32,174 nt of DNA from Rotaria socialis (Eukaryota): positions 62,001 to 94,174 of the forward strand of contig CAJNYD010000438.1 of the NCBI GenBank assembly GCA_905331295.1, read 5' to 3'. Positions 1 to 13,277 of this stretch are shown here, piece by piece; the first letter of the stretch is position 1, and every line of letters begins with the position of its first letter. The position numbers were made by a program, and so were the translations under genes. The notes below the pieces were generated by a model that was not told where the DNA came from, did not search any database, and saw only the letters and a list, made by a program, of their open reading frames with translations.

Positions 1-1
1 A

Positions 2-346
2 GTTACAGCTGCTGAACATAGTTTTCCTTGGCGACGTTCATCGATACCCGATGGTGAACAAGCAGCACTATCAATACCTGCAGGTGATTCTGCAAATAAT
101 GCTCAAACATTTTCAAATAGAAACGATCCTAGCCTTCATCCCGGCCCTTTGACGTCTGCCAATTTCAGCGGTGCATATAACAAATCACCTGAATATATGG
201 GTGAATTTGCAACAACAACTAAACCCGAAGAGCATTTGTCACGACCACATATTCGCGATTTATTTAATAATCAATTAAGGCCTTCTGATGAAACACAAGA
301 GAATAGTGCTGAGGCTGCGGCAAATGAGGGTGTAACTCGCTTGTGA
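2..346 (+). CDS. 3' end of an unidentified gene; low-complexity tail ending ...EGVTRL
   Basis: Frame is open from base 2 to TGA at 344-346 (VTAAEHSFPWRRSSIPDGEQ...NEGVTRL) and less AT-rich than the sequence that follows; the 5' part lies outside the window. Confidence 0.65.
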   Translation, partial: VTAAEHSFPWRRSSIPDGEQAALSIPAGDSANNAQTFSNRNDPSLHPGPLTSANFSGAYNKSPEYMGEFATTTKPEEHLSRPHIRDLFNNQLRPSDETQENSAEAAANEGVTRL

Positions 347-1824
347 ACATTGTACTATTTTAACTTCGCTTTGCTTCTTATTTGAATATTTTATTCGTTT
401 TTCTATATGTTATTAGACTGAAATAATGAATAACATACTAATATTAACAGAAAAAATATGGTTTATAGAGATTTTACTAACGACTAATCATAGTTAGGTT
501 CTAGTTCATAGTATCTAGAAGAAGAAAATCAAGCAGCCAAAATGTTCGACGAACGTTTCAAACTCGTCAGTTGAATTCATTTGCCAAGCACTAGACTTAG
601 TCTATGTGTGATAGCATCTAGAGTGTTTCTTTTTTTCTTTTTTGTGTGTTAACCTTGGCTAATCAGCACATCAGCAGTGTGATGCATTACTCTAGGATAT
701 TCAATATATTAATCAACGATATTCATTAGGCTCTCTCAACGTGTCTTGTAAAATGTTAACGAGACAAAAAAACCACAAATAAAAAAAGAATATTGAAACT
801 GACGAGTTGCTTTTAATCATTTTAAAATGCTAAATGCATTCCCGCCATTTTTCTATTTACGATGATCATTTTATTTTTATTTTGAAGAAGTGCGCTCAAA
901 AATGGACGATAAAATGCTGCTTTTTCTAGCATTAACACTTCCATCAATCAATCATAGAGAAAAGAACCCTTGAGACGTTGTACTAGTCCAATAAGTCTTC
1001 TTCCAACTAATGAAATAGCAACCAAAATCATTGAATATAATTGACATCATTTTATTTAGATATTATTTAAAAAAAGCAAAATGCACATCTCTACAAAAAT
1101 TCAGGCAGAACGCGACATTTTTTTCAGTCGACGTTGATTACTAACTACTGTCAACTTAATTGGCATGAGAAATTCCATAACGAATTTGATACATAGGAAT
1201 ATTTTCTTTGTCAACAGACAAATAATTACTTTTCTTTGAACCGAAAATTTCGTAATTCACCTCGCATATTTTCGATAGTAAATATGCTTTTTCTTAAAAT
1301 CCCATTTACTAATTTTTCTAGTCTATTTGAAATTTTTCATCATTTGTGAGAGATTCTTTTCTAGTCTGTTCCAATAATGTTTCCATACTGCACGTTGACA
1401 TGCTATAGAACAATTGTTTCTATCAGATTCCTGTTAACAAATGAGATGGAAGCTTAGCAAAAAACTTATAAAAATAAAAAAACAGGTCACTCAAAAGCAA
1501 TATAGAACTTGTTTAAGTTTATTTGTAAAAACCACTACATGAAAAATGATGTGATGGTGCTTGATGCCCTTTGAATATAATTGTTTACGGAAAATATACA
1601 CTTCGCTTTTTTTCTGTTTCATGTATTCGCATGAATTTTTCTTTTTTTGCGCCATATATTCTCAAGTAAACTATATCTTATTTTTATTAAATATTATCAT
1701 CTTCTCTCAATGAGTTCTTTACGTTGGTACTCAATTTATTTTTCATGCAAGAATATAAGAAAAAGAGATGAATAGAGAAAAATACAACACTGACAGTTAT
1801 TATGAGTTTAATGCTGTTGCTAAT

Positions 1825-2306
1825 TTAATTTGGCTGAGATTCTACTGGAATAGGCATACCCGATTGCACAGCTAAAAACATAATACAATATATATATATA
1901 TATATGTATGTATTGAAAATAATTCATAATTGTAAACCTCGAAATTGCATTTCTCTTGCTTCTTGGCAATTAGCACAGCCACTACAGCAACATGTAGCTA
2001 GAAAATCGCTTGGCTTCTCAACAAGACTATAGTCTGCACGAAGTTTTTCTCGTTGTGGCTTATGAAGTAAACAACAGAGATAACAACCGGACAGGCAGGC
2101 GTATCCAATACACATGCCAAATTTATTTGACCCATCAATTTGTTCAGCATTACTACCAAATAAATAACATGGACAACACCAACCAAGTAAACATGTTGGA
2201 ATATCCTCCAGACAACCGAATAATTCAGCTAAAATTATTTAATAGAATATTAAAAAAACAAAATGCTATGAGTGGAATAATATTTACCGTTCCATGGTTG
2301 TGCCAT
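1825..2306 (-). CDS. PLAC8/cornifelin family Cys-rich protein, 3 exons (2306-2288, 2228-1938, 1871-1825)
   Basis: Spliced product MAQPWNAELFGCLEDIPTCLLGWCCPCYLFGSNAEQIDG...QREKLRADYSL...DFLATCCCSGCANCQEAREMQFRAVQSGMPIPVESQPN carries the W-x3-LFGC, CCPC and C-x2-CQE-x-RE motifs of PLAC8; GT-AG introns of 59 and 66 nt. Confidence 0.92.
1887..1906. repeat. (TA)n microsatellite inside PLAC8 intron 2
   Basis: Direct reading of the tatatata run. Confidence 0.85.
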
Positions 2307-5300
2307 TAGTAAGAATGAAATTTATCGTACTGCTCGTGTGAAATTTTTGATAAAAGAATAAACGACAAAGGGTATTTCTTTTTTGTGTCTACTCATTTTT
2401 GTGAATCGACTAATTTCTTTTCTACTTTTTTCCTCGTACAGAAATGTCTTCGTTGTTGTTAACGTCGCTGGTAATTTCAGCCGTAAAAAGAAATAAAACA
2501 CACTCATACGCACAGATGCGAGACATTGAATCGTTCATAGGACAGTTTTCAGAAGTCATTCAGTGATATGAATGAGAGAAAGAATACAAAGTATCTTCCG
2601 ATAGTTAGTTGTCTGGGATACTTACTTGAGCCATGGCAACATATTCATATGGCTAGTAGAAGTTGTATCTTAAACGTAAACAATAGTGTAACTATATCAA
2701 CGATGAGGTCAATATGATAGAAAGCAATGTAATTGTTTATAGAGAAAAATAAGTTCAAACTGCATGCTAGCGTATTTCTACAATGTTCAGTAATTGCATG
2801 GCACCAATGATTGTTCATGATCGCAAAATTTATTTGAAAGTTCATCAGAAATGGTATCAACTTATGTTGCTGTTGAAAAAACGCCAAAATTCTGTTTTTT
2901 GAATTACGTACGGTCGCCTATGCGTCTGTCTCTCTCAATTCGCTCTTGATATATTTCTTTTATTAATATGAATACTTCATAACTACGCATATCAAGATCA
3001 ACATGTCGAACATAATTATTTCCGATCCAATGAGTTGATTTATTTCGTTTCTGTCAATAATAAAATCTAATAAATTCAGATCATCTGGTTAATCAGAAGT
3101 TTGAAGACAAAGTAGAAGCAGCTACTTTTTGCACATATGTCCTAAGCAATAAACATTTCATTGATAAATGTCAGATAAATAATTGGTCGGTACTATATAT
3201 TATTATTGGTGTTAATTTTGTCGAACAGCAAAATAAAACTCATATTTTTTTCATGCAAAGACTTATTTTTAGCAGACTTCTCAATGTTAGTACATCGTAT
3301 AATTAATTCATAGCTGATTCAAAGAAGTCTCGTAGAATCTTAACAATGTGACGAGTTTGAAGTAATCAAATTAATTGAATACATGAAAATGTGTGACTTC
3401 TCCGTGATACTTGGCAATGCGTCACAAAGAAAAATCATTTTCTTCATTTAATTTCGGTGTCCACACTTAAATGAGGCTCTTTTTCTTGTTAACGTTAAAT
3501 ATTTGATGATTTTGCAATGTCAGATTCTTTGAGAAACTATATTATAATTTCTGTATTCGATTAAGCCATTTTCATGCACTACATGCTAATGTATTCAATA
3601 TGCATTTGTAATGGCTTTCAGACTCCACAAAGAAATATGCATTAGCATAAAGACCCTATTCTACATTTACTAAAAATTGTTAAATGTATTTGGAGGACAA
3701 CGCTCTTACTATTTTTGTATGACTTTGTTGTTAGAAAAGTTTGTCAGTATCCTACATTCCTAATTCATTCTTAATTATACTTTTTGAAAGTGGCTTGGCC
3801 ACCAAAACGAAAATTATTCAACAGGTTACACTTTAGAAACTCTAGACCTCAGAATAGTTGTCCTTTGATGTAAAGTTTTGATTTTGGAAAAGGAAATAAT
3901 AGGACTGCCAATTGAATGAGAAATCTGCATTTCTCATTGTATCAGATCGCAATTATCACAATAATACATCAGTTATACAATTGCAATAAAATATAATAAT
4001 TCGAAAAATTCGGAGCCATTTCTAAGACGCACAACACATTTTGAGATATGATTAGATACGTGCATGTAAGTTTTACTCCTGGATAATGCATTTTTAAGGA
4101 AATGGTACATATGAATAGGAAATTTAATTAATACCATTTTCACTGAATATCAAGTAAGGAGACTTCTGTATGCAGAGGCATTGACATGTTAATAATTTTG
4201 CAGAAAGTAAATAGCGATTGAACTTTCGATACGCAAGGTGATGTGTAAGTTCGATTAGCTTTATAACATGTACACCCATTCCAAGTTAATTCTTTGTATA
4301 ACTTTTATGCAATCAGTGTTTTTCATGCATACTATCATTATTTTAATGCAACATACGTGATGATATTTGTAACTAAACATTCAAAGCATCTTTGCTTATT
4401 TAATACCTCGTGACATTTTTAAGTAGCTACGCTTTATCCTCATAATAGCATTTCATGTTTCTTTCAAAAATAATTCTTGGTACAAATGAATCGGAGCACA
4501 ACAGCGTATCGTCACTCTCGGTTAATTTATGGAAAAGCAAAACAATTGAGTATACTCGTATGAATGTGATCTTGTTACAAAGACTCTATTGTGCTGGATT
4601 TCTACCTACAGTTTTTATATTCTCGTTTTGAATATGATAAATTTCCAAAAACATAACTTAGACTCTAATACATCGGATGATTTCAATGCAAAATATTCAA
4701 ATATGTTCTATTTAACTTAATAAACTGTCTGCCATTATTTGAAAATTCAAGAATCAATATCGATTTTGTTCTACTTCGAGCTGCATTAAATGCGCGATTT
4801 CGAGTCGAAGCTTGTGTTTTTGTATATTTCGTCTCGTAGAAATGAATAGAAAAAAATCATTATCAACACAGTCATTTTTGATTATTGCCAAAATACTTAT
4901 TATATTGCTGTTAGACATGAATGTCTTTGTCACGTAATTGATTTTTATAAATATCAGCGCAGATAGGTATAGAAACAGGAAAACAGCGATGAGATTTATA
5001 GTTTTTAATCAGTCTCAATGTAAAACTAAATCTATTCTTACACATAGACTTTTTTCTCAAGAAAAGGTGAAGCAACATCTTCAATGGATTCAAGAAACAC
5101 TTGACTAAATGAAACAGCTCGTTGCACATGCAGCTGTAAGACTTTACTATGTAAAGTATCAGGTATGTTGATCTAACGAGTAAGATAGCATGTAAGTAAA
5201 TATCTCAGGGGTTAATATGCTTTCTTCATAATTTATATCTATCGCATAGATATGAATTTCGAAGCAATTTCTAGTCAAACGATAAATAATTTTCTCACGC

Positions 5301-7329
5301 TATACAACTTATAAAAGGCATGAGACTACTTCAAATCATCAAAGAAGATTTGCTTTGCCAGTTTTTCATTGTTAATTGCATTAATCCATCAATTTTTTTT
5401 ATGAATTATTTCATAATGCTCAGTTTTTATTTTCATTCAACCGTCTAAACATGAATTGTTTTTATAAGTCAAGAAATTATTTTCAAAGCTGAAGGGCGAG
5501 AGTGATCGAGTATTTCTAGTAGGTATTTATCTCGCTTTAAATCGAATGTCGTCTTGCGCCACTGTGAGCTGTTCGAGTTTTATATCTCAAAATAACTTTC
5601 TCACTAGCACAATCCCAAATCTATGAAGAAGGCTCAGTGTGGAAATTCATCAATTTCAACTGTTTGACACCTGAAATAGTATATAGGAAAATCGACCAGA
5701 GTAAAATACGTATCTTGTAAAACGTTTTCAAAGATTTTCGTTGCTATTTTTGTTATAATTTGCTAAAAGTCGATAAGAATAAAATGTGACATCGAAGTCA
5801 TCGCAACAAAGTGTAACCGTAATAAAGAGCCAATAGGTATAGATATAAATAGATTTCAATATCTCGCTGTGTTAGTAAATCGAAATTTCGCGTCATCGCA
5901 TACTCATTTTTACTCCAATTAAAAGCTATTGGTGAGAGTTGACCGTCTGTGTTGTTTTATCTTCTTTTCATGAGGAAGAACAATTAGTCTTTCTTTATCT
6001 CTGATCTTTTGTAGATACTCTTCGTGTCATTAACATATTTCATGCATCTTTAGTATAATTGACGGTAGAAGCGACTCGTGGATAAATCGTCATTTGGCGT
6101 TTAAGTCTTATTATGTGAATCAGAATTTTTTTTATAGCTCACCACTGAGTAATCATAGAACTCTGAAATCGGTACTTTCTCGGCGTCTCTGTTATTGAAG
6201 TTCGGATTATGAAGTCTATCTGAAATATTTTTATGATCCTCACTATCACAGTTGAACTTATCAATTTACATTTTAACTCTTATGAACATATATTCTGCAG
6301 ATTAGGTTGTACTTTTTTAGACGTCAGCTATCTAAGAAGTTGATCTAGTTTATTATGACGATAGTACTAGTTATTATCTCTGCTAGCGTGAGCAACTAAA
6401 TATCTCCCAAAACAACGCATGCATTTGCTTTGAAGCTATTCGTAGATGTAGGTGACAAAAAACTGTGTAAATGCTATACATCCTCATAGACTATTGACTG
6501 TAGCTAAATAGTTGATGAAACTAGGGATTCCCGTGACCGCTTTTACTTAGATAATCAACTTTCTCAATTTTCTCAAAAGCAGTAAGAGAGAAACATCGCC
6601 ACCTTTTGTTTAAAATGTCATAGGGTTAAACCTCTCTTCAATTGTTTTACTAATTGAACGTAATCATTCGAGTAATCTTCAATGACTCAAAACATAAAAT
6701 GTCATCTCAAGTAGGTCTTTGATTAATAAATCATTAGTGATAGCTAATGTTTTTCACCAAGCTATTTTCTCAAACAGGCTGACATCACATTTCCGATCTT
6801 AGTTTACGTGTTTAGTGTTGCAGATAAGTAGAAACAAAACGAATCTTAATTAGTGTCTTGTTATTTTGAAAGTCATCAAGTAAATAATTTTTCTAAAATG
6901 ACGCGTAATAAATAGAAGCATTTGCAATTTTGTTGAGAAGAGAGACAGAAAATATTCTATTTGGCATTTCATCAACAGCAAATTGATCTTATAGGTAAAG
7001 CAAAGTAATTATATGACTTACAAAACATATGTAGGTCACGCATGGAAAAAATCGGGGAATTAAATATTCTCCTCATGGCCTAATTATGTTATCCTTTATT
7101 TTCTTTATAACGATATATTGATGATTAATTCTTAATTTCATGATTTTTCTTTACTTTTTAATCTTAATTCTTAAAAACAATCACTCGCATGCATTTCACA
7201 GTAATTGTGATTCTATCTTTTCACTTAATCTTTATTAAACTTACGTGAATAAGTACAGAATAGCATGCATTTTATGAATTCTAATTGTTGCGTTTTATTT
7301 ATAAACGCATATTATCTATGTTCTCGATG

Positions 7330-8130
7330 TCAAACAAAACAAAAATGAATACTGTTTTGTATAAATCAATGTGAGCGTTCATAAGTATGTCGTGTTATAT
7401 ACTCTATCGTTGGCATAAAACGGCAGCTTTTGTGCAGTCGTCATGCATGATGTACGAGCATTTAGCAATGTTTACTATGCTTATCGAACGATTTTATTTA
7501 TAACAGGTGTTTGGCCATTAATACCTATTCATTTGGCTGCTTACTTTTGAACTGAATTCGGCCGTTGTGTACCACAAACAGGTATTTATGCGAAATTTTT
7601 AAATGCATATTCAATTATTATATCTGGTTGGTCACCACCAGCAGTAATGGCGATATTTGGTTGTATTGCATATAAAAATTTGAGAAAAGTACGACGAATA
7701 AAGCTTACATCTGATATTTAATATGTATATTTAGTGATTTTTGTTTATAGATGCGAGCACGAATCACTCCACTAAACTTAGCTGTTGGCAATAATTCAAA
7801 CAATCCAACTAACGACAAGCTAAATAATCCGACGTATTTTCAACGAGATCAACAATTAATATTATTACTTATCTGTGAAGTGTTTCTTTACGTCTGCACG
7901 AATCTTCTTTATTCAATCAACATAACGTATTCGGCGGCTACGTCAGACTTACCAAAAAAGCATTGATAGAATTCATATTGAATCATTTATTGCATATTTT
8001 TCAACATCATTTCTGATTATTATTAATAGTTGTGCACCTTTCTACCTATATATAATTGTGCCACGTAAATGTCGGCAAGATGTTAAACGATTTTTCAGTT
8101 GTTTTTTTGTTTTTGGCATAAAGCAATCCC
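7330..8130 (+). pseudogene. Rhodopsin-like 7TM GPCR pseudogene (rotifer expanded type), roughly TM3-TM7 recognisable
   Basis: Reads ...FCAVVMHDVRAFSNVYYAYRTILFITGVWPLIPIHLAAYF*TEFGRCVPQTGIYAKFLNAYSIIISGWSPPAVMAIFGCIAYKNLRK, intron 7689-7750, then MRARITP...RDQQLILLLICEVFLYVCTNLLYSINITY..., then after a +1 frameshift in the A-run at 7954-7959 KSIDRIHIESFIAYFSTSFLIIINSCAPFYLYIIVPRKCRQDVKRFF. In-frame TGA at 7548-7550; the 5' part is further degraded and the boundaries are approximate. Confidence 0.8.
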
Positions 8131-8284
8131 AGCCGAAGTTGGAACCCTCTATATTAAATTTTCATTTATTTCACACAAAATTTTTCTTTCCAATAAATTT
8201 AATTCGAATAATTGAAAAAAATGATTGAAAAAAAATTAATTAACCTCAATTTATATTTCTCTAAACTAAAATTTTCTTTGCTTT

Positions 8285-9096
8285 TCATTTGTCTTGGCGT
8301 GTTGGACAAACAAGAATTTCTCGCACACACATGCGTTGTGGTTGCTCATAAGCAAACATAATGCAACGAGCTATATCTTCACTTTCCATCGGTTGGCCCA
8401 TATTACTTTTCCATGCTTTGTAATCATCAACGATTTTTTTATCTGTTGAATGACTTAATAATTCTGTTTCAACCACACCTGGCGCAATATTAACCAAGCG
8501 TACATCATATTGTGCAACTTCTTCACGAATTTGTTCTGTAAATGCGTGTACGGCAAATTTTGTTGAACAGTAAACAGCATGATCAGGTAATGTTTTTCGT
8601 CCAGCAATCGAGCTAATATTAATAATTGTACCACCACGACGTTCAACTAAAAGTCAAGAGATTATGCAGAAGAAAAAGCAATGGCAAATATCGGAGCATA
8701 GTTTTATTTACTCATAGACGGTAAAACAACGTGAGTACCGTTCAAAACACCCATCAAGTTGACATCAAACATGCGTTGCCATTCTTCTGGTTCTTGTGTT
8801 TGTACTTTACCCAAAAGCATAACGCCAGCATTATTTACTAAGCAATCAACAGGCCCATATTTTTCCACAGCTTGTTCAATTGTTTCTTTAAGTTTGGCTC
8901 TATCTGTAACGTCAACTTGTGCACAAATAACATTCTCGGGAAGATTCAAAGCTTGTAATCGATCAAGACGACGAGCAACAAGTAAGAGCGGATGTCCAGC
9001 TGCAGAAAAAGATCGAGCACAAGCTTCACCAATACCCGATGATGCGCCTGTTATTACTACTAGAGGCTTAGTTTTTGGTGCTGGCGAAGAATCCAT
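8285..9096 (-). CDS. Classical NADP(H)-dependent short-chain dehydrogenase/reductase of bacterial type, 2 exons (9096-8712, 8646-8285)
   Basis: TGASSGIG Rossmann motif, ARR (NADPH preference), NNAG, catalytic Ser in NISSIAG and YCSTK (YxxxK); a 65-nt GT-AG intron at 8711-8647 joins the two ORFs in frame (PSM-I-ERRGG). Confidence 0.95.
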
Positions 9097-12000
9097 CGTG
9101 ACTATCTTCGGTGGTTGAATGTAGAGAAAAGATATAAAAAACAAAAGAGGCGAATAATCTATTTGAAACTGATAAGAAAGAGACAAAAATGAAACGATGC
9201 TTTTTTTCACTATTGTGCGATGTTTGCACATTGATACGTGTGCACCAAAAATTCTATGCGAAGGAGACAAATAGCTTCAAAAACAATAGATTTACATATA
9301 TAGAAAAGCAGAAGACGTGGATGTGACTTTTCTCACTGTTCACACCCCGATCTCCCACGATGCAGGTGTCGGTTGGAGAACTTCTATTTGCATATGATAA
9401 AAATATCAAATAGATACAAGCCCCGATTGATCAGTGGGTAGATAACAGATGTTATCTTATATTAATTACCGTGCGAGTTTGTCACTATATAAGAAAGATA
9501 TTGTTTTTCGAATTTCTCAATTCGATCTTTAGAAATATCATTTGAGGAAGTCAGTAATCGATGCCTTACAGCACTAATTTTGACAAATGTGTATGCATAC
9601 ACCAGATATCTATTCCAACAAAAAGCTATTCAAGATTGACCGGTGTACTCTTTTAATCAGTATATCGACTTTTTCGATTTCAATTGGCTTCATAAGTAAA
9701 TTTTCATTTCATCTGTATTGCTATGAGCGCTGTGTGACAGTACCTATAATCTACCATCACGTTATCGTAAGATTTACCGATAAAAAGTAGTTGAAACCAC
9801 AGTAGAATATATTTTAAATTATTATAAACTTTCTAGTTTTTTTTGTTTATTGTGAGATGAAGTCATTTGATAGCAATCAAATCTTTGGAAACTGTGTAAA
9901 CTTCATATATACAGTAGTATTGGAAGAGATAAATCAGAAGACACTTTTATCAGTAGACGCATATATTTGTTAACCTGTATACAATATGAAAGGTAAGGAA
10001 CTGCATCGACTTTTACTTTAGAAATGGTGTTCACAAGCAGTGACAGCTAATCATGGACGCTAGTTGAGTCGTTCATTAGCTTATCGATGAATTCTTCAAT
10101 TGAGCGCAGCCTGAATGCAATCGGACTAGCACAGAAAGAAGTTTCCGTGAAGATTTGTATTCTCAACTTCAGTGCACTGATTAGTTGATTGATTACGCAA
10201 ACAAGGTGATGTTTTCTTAAGTTTCAAAATGTTATTGTCATTCTTCTATCAATTTTCAAGTTTTTAATCCTTTGTTATGCATTTTAATTTGTATATTCTT
10301 TCAAGCAACGGATTTTCTGTTTAATTTGAATAAGTTAAATAGTTCAGTCGTCTTTTTTTCAGTAGCCATAGTAGATCCTAATTTTAGAATGAGCTCAAAG
10401 TGACACAACCGATAGGAGTTCCATGATTAGTCTGCATTTCACGATTATCTTGACCTTTTCCCAATAGTATCTCACAGCTGTAACGCCGCAATTCCAATAA
10501 TATCTTGCAATACTACGTCATGTTCTGGTCTACTTATTTCTTCTGTGCTCTTATCAGAGAATAATTGTGCGACTCATCTCTGTTCTAGCACTATTAATAT
10601 CTGTTTATATCATTCTTCATCAGTCAACATGGCTATTATTCTATCGCTTCACGATCCGTTAGTATATAGTCTATTGAATGTTTCAATAGCAATGCCTAAG
10701 ATATTCGCTACGACAGTTGTATTAGCTTAACAACAGCTAAATTTTCACGCACCGCTTTAGTTTGAAGATCTTAAACGCACATAAATAGTTATACTCTCGA
10801 ATCAATACTATGATTACAATTCATATAACATCTAAACACTAGAATAAAATGTGCTGCACTTATGCGTCGTCAATTTATGTGTGATAAACAGGACTATAAA
10901 ACAATCTCAATATAGGTTATTTATTATTACACAATGCCACCTTTGACTGTCATCATAGGCAGAACAAAAGAAAAAAATTGCACAATCTCCATGTTTTAAC
11001 AATTCAAATAGAATATTTCGGAAAGAGAAAGAGACGAGCCGCGATCGATGGTCAACCACAACTTTGATGTTATGAGCCTGAAGCATTACATTTGATCTTT
11101 CGAGATCACGGTCGTTGATCAAATCGACACTCGTCAAAAATATTTTTTTCAGATACACCTGTAAAAAGCTTTACCATTGATACTGATAAGAATTTAACAA
11201 AATCATACGTCGTGAATATGCTATTCTACAATAATTTCTAATTGAGAAACAGATTGGTAAGAATATTCTTGTTATTACCAAGCATCTATTTGGCATGCTC
11301 ATGCAAAATGACTCCTATCAAACTATCAGAAGTAAAAAAATGTTTCAACGGATGAATGTATATTTCAAGTTTAAGAGTTTTTTATTCGTTGATTCCTGAA
11401 GGAAATAGTTTTAAATATCCAATTGTGGAAGTTATCAGCTTAGAAAATGTCTCAGTTCTTATTTGGTCAAACCTTGCATTGAATTTTGCCAAGTATTCGT
11501 AGCAAACATAAAAATAGCACTAGCAAAAAATATACGACGTATTTTCTTCGATAGAAAGATGCTCTTTTAATAAAGGTTGTAAAGAAATAAATCAAATATC
11601 ACGCCAAACATGTTTTTACCGATGGTGTTTTTCAAAAACATTACAATTATCCACGTTCGCTTATGGTACAAGTTTTATTTTTTTGCGTCCATTGACATTT
11701 GAATAAGTTGACAAGTCAAGTAAATGCTTTAAATGAGGAAATTTTCTCGGAATACTCAATCATCAAATATTAAACCACGGTGCTATTTTTATTACTTTTG
11801 GTTTTTCACTGACAAAATCAACTCTATTTTTTTTTGCTTGTTTCAATATACTATTATTCCGATATTCAACTATGTTAATTCAGTAGATATGCATGAGTTA
11901 AAAACAAATTCCTATATTAATTTTTTCTCTGTGAGGAAGGTAAATTTTTGCTGCTTGACGATATTGTATATATTGTGTTGACGGAGGAAATATGAAACAG

Positions 12001-12562
12001 CAATACGCGTTGGAGTTAGTAGAATGATCAATATCAGTACTGCCTTTATCTTTTAAATCATTAATAAGATTATTTTTCTTTTTGAAAAACTGCTAATCTG
12101 AAATACAAAGCATCATCTGTGTCTTTTTTTTTGAAAATCTACTCGATTACGACAGAAATGCCTTGAAAACCCTTAACGTCTCTATTGATGTGTGCGTAGG
12201 TGACTACCAATATTCTGCATAGTTTTAAAAATAGCTTCATTTCAGGAAACAATTTCTTTGACCTCAAAATATAATGGACTACTCGTTAGCGATCATAAGA
12301 AAGTTTATATTTTGTTGTTCTCGTGTAAGTTGACTAATGCAAAACTCTTATAACGATGCAAGTATTCTTTCAGTCGATTACATGAGAACTCTTATCTAAG
12401 ATACATCTAGATAGTTGCATTAATAAATTAACATCAAATGAAAATTAAAGTAAGATTTATGAATGGTATTATGTTAAACTTTATTCTCTTAAATATAATA
12501 CGATTAATGAAAGAAGAAATAAAAGAGATTTAAGTAGAATCTAGTTTCGATGAACGTAGCAT

Positions 12563-13277
12563 CTATTTCTTTTTCTCTACTTCAGTTTCAGCTTGTTCTT
12601 CTTCATCGTTGTCTTGGTACATTTTACGGAGTGCTCGCATGAGTTCTCGCTTCAATTTTTCATCTTTACATCTTGTTTGAATGTCAATTTTCAAGGCTTG
12701 GTATCCCGCTGTATTTGCAGCGTAAGTACCATCACTCAAAACATTTGCATTATTTCGTGACCATGTAAGACCACGATTAATTGCACCTTGCAAGAAACAT
12801 TGCGCTGCGGGTATACTCATTGGATCTAAAAATGAGAGACAGTGAAATAATTTCAATTTCAAACACAAACATACTATTTGAAAGACATATTTTATTGCAT
12901 AAAAGTGCATTTTTTTCATCTCGCAATTCAAATTGAAAGCCATGACCAATGGCAATATCAGCTTCAGAAACTAAGACTTGTTTTGCTGGATCTGGCAATT
13001 GGTAATAAGATCCTTTAATATATAAAATTACTTTGCAATCTTTTGCAACAGTTTCTAACGGTTTAACACGATCAATAAAATTTTCATGAACTAATAATTT
13101 ATCGCCAGTTATATATTTGCCGGCCTTATATGTCTTAATTTGACATTTTGGTTTTGCTAAAAAAGATAGACAATTTTAGAGTACGTATAAGTTTCAAAGA
13201 GCAAACTTACAGCTGAACAAAAACCCTTCGGTGAAAGCTATTGAAAGGAACAGGAACACGAAAATACGGCCTTGCAT
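12563..13277 (-). CDS. Secreted 203-aa Cys-containing protein, probable degenerate peptidase M15 / DD-peptidase-fold homologue, 3 exons (13277-13211, 13156-12875, 12825-12563)
   Basis: Signal-peptide-like MQGRIFVFLFLSIAFTEG; GT-AG introns of 54 and 49 nt give a continuous 612-nt frame; pattern AKDCKVILYIKGSY...IGHGFQFEL...LCNKICL...CFL...GLTW...DG. The gene model is solid, the family call is tentative. Confidence 0.8.

Noticed and set aside
5540..5570. GCCACTGTG resembling a CACAGTGG transposon terminus
   Set aside because: No matching partner repeat or target-site duplication found.
8759..9118. 119-aa plus-strand ORF
   Set aside because: Antisense shadow of the SDR coding exon.
9097..9270. 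N-terminal extension of the SDR ORF in the track
   Set aside because: Starts at a non-ATG codon and reads as AT-rich UTR; homology begins just after the ATG at 9096.
9880..10730. Possible decayed coding sequence or transposon on the minus strand
   Set aside because: Frequent stops in the frames I read and no recognisable motif; needs tBLASTx.
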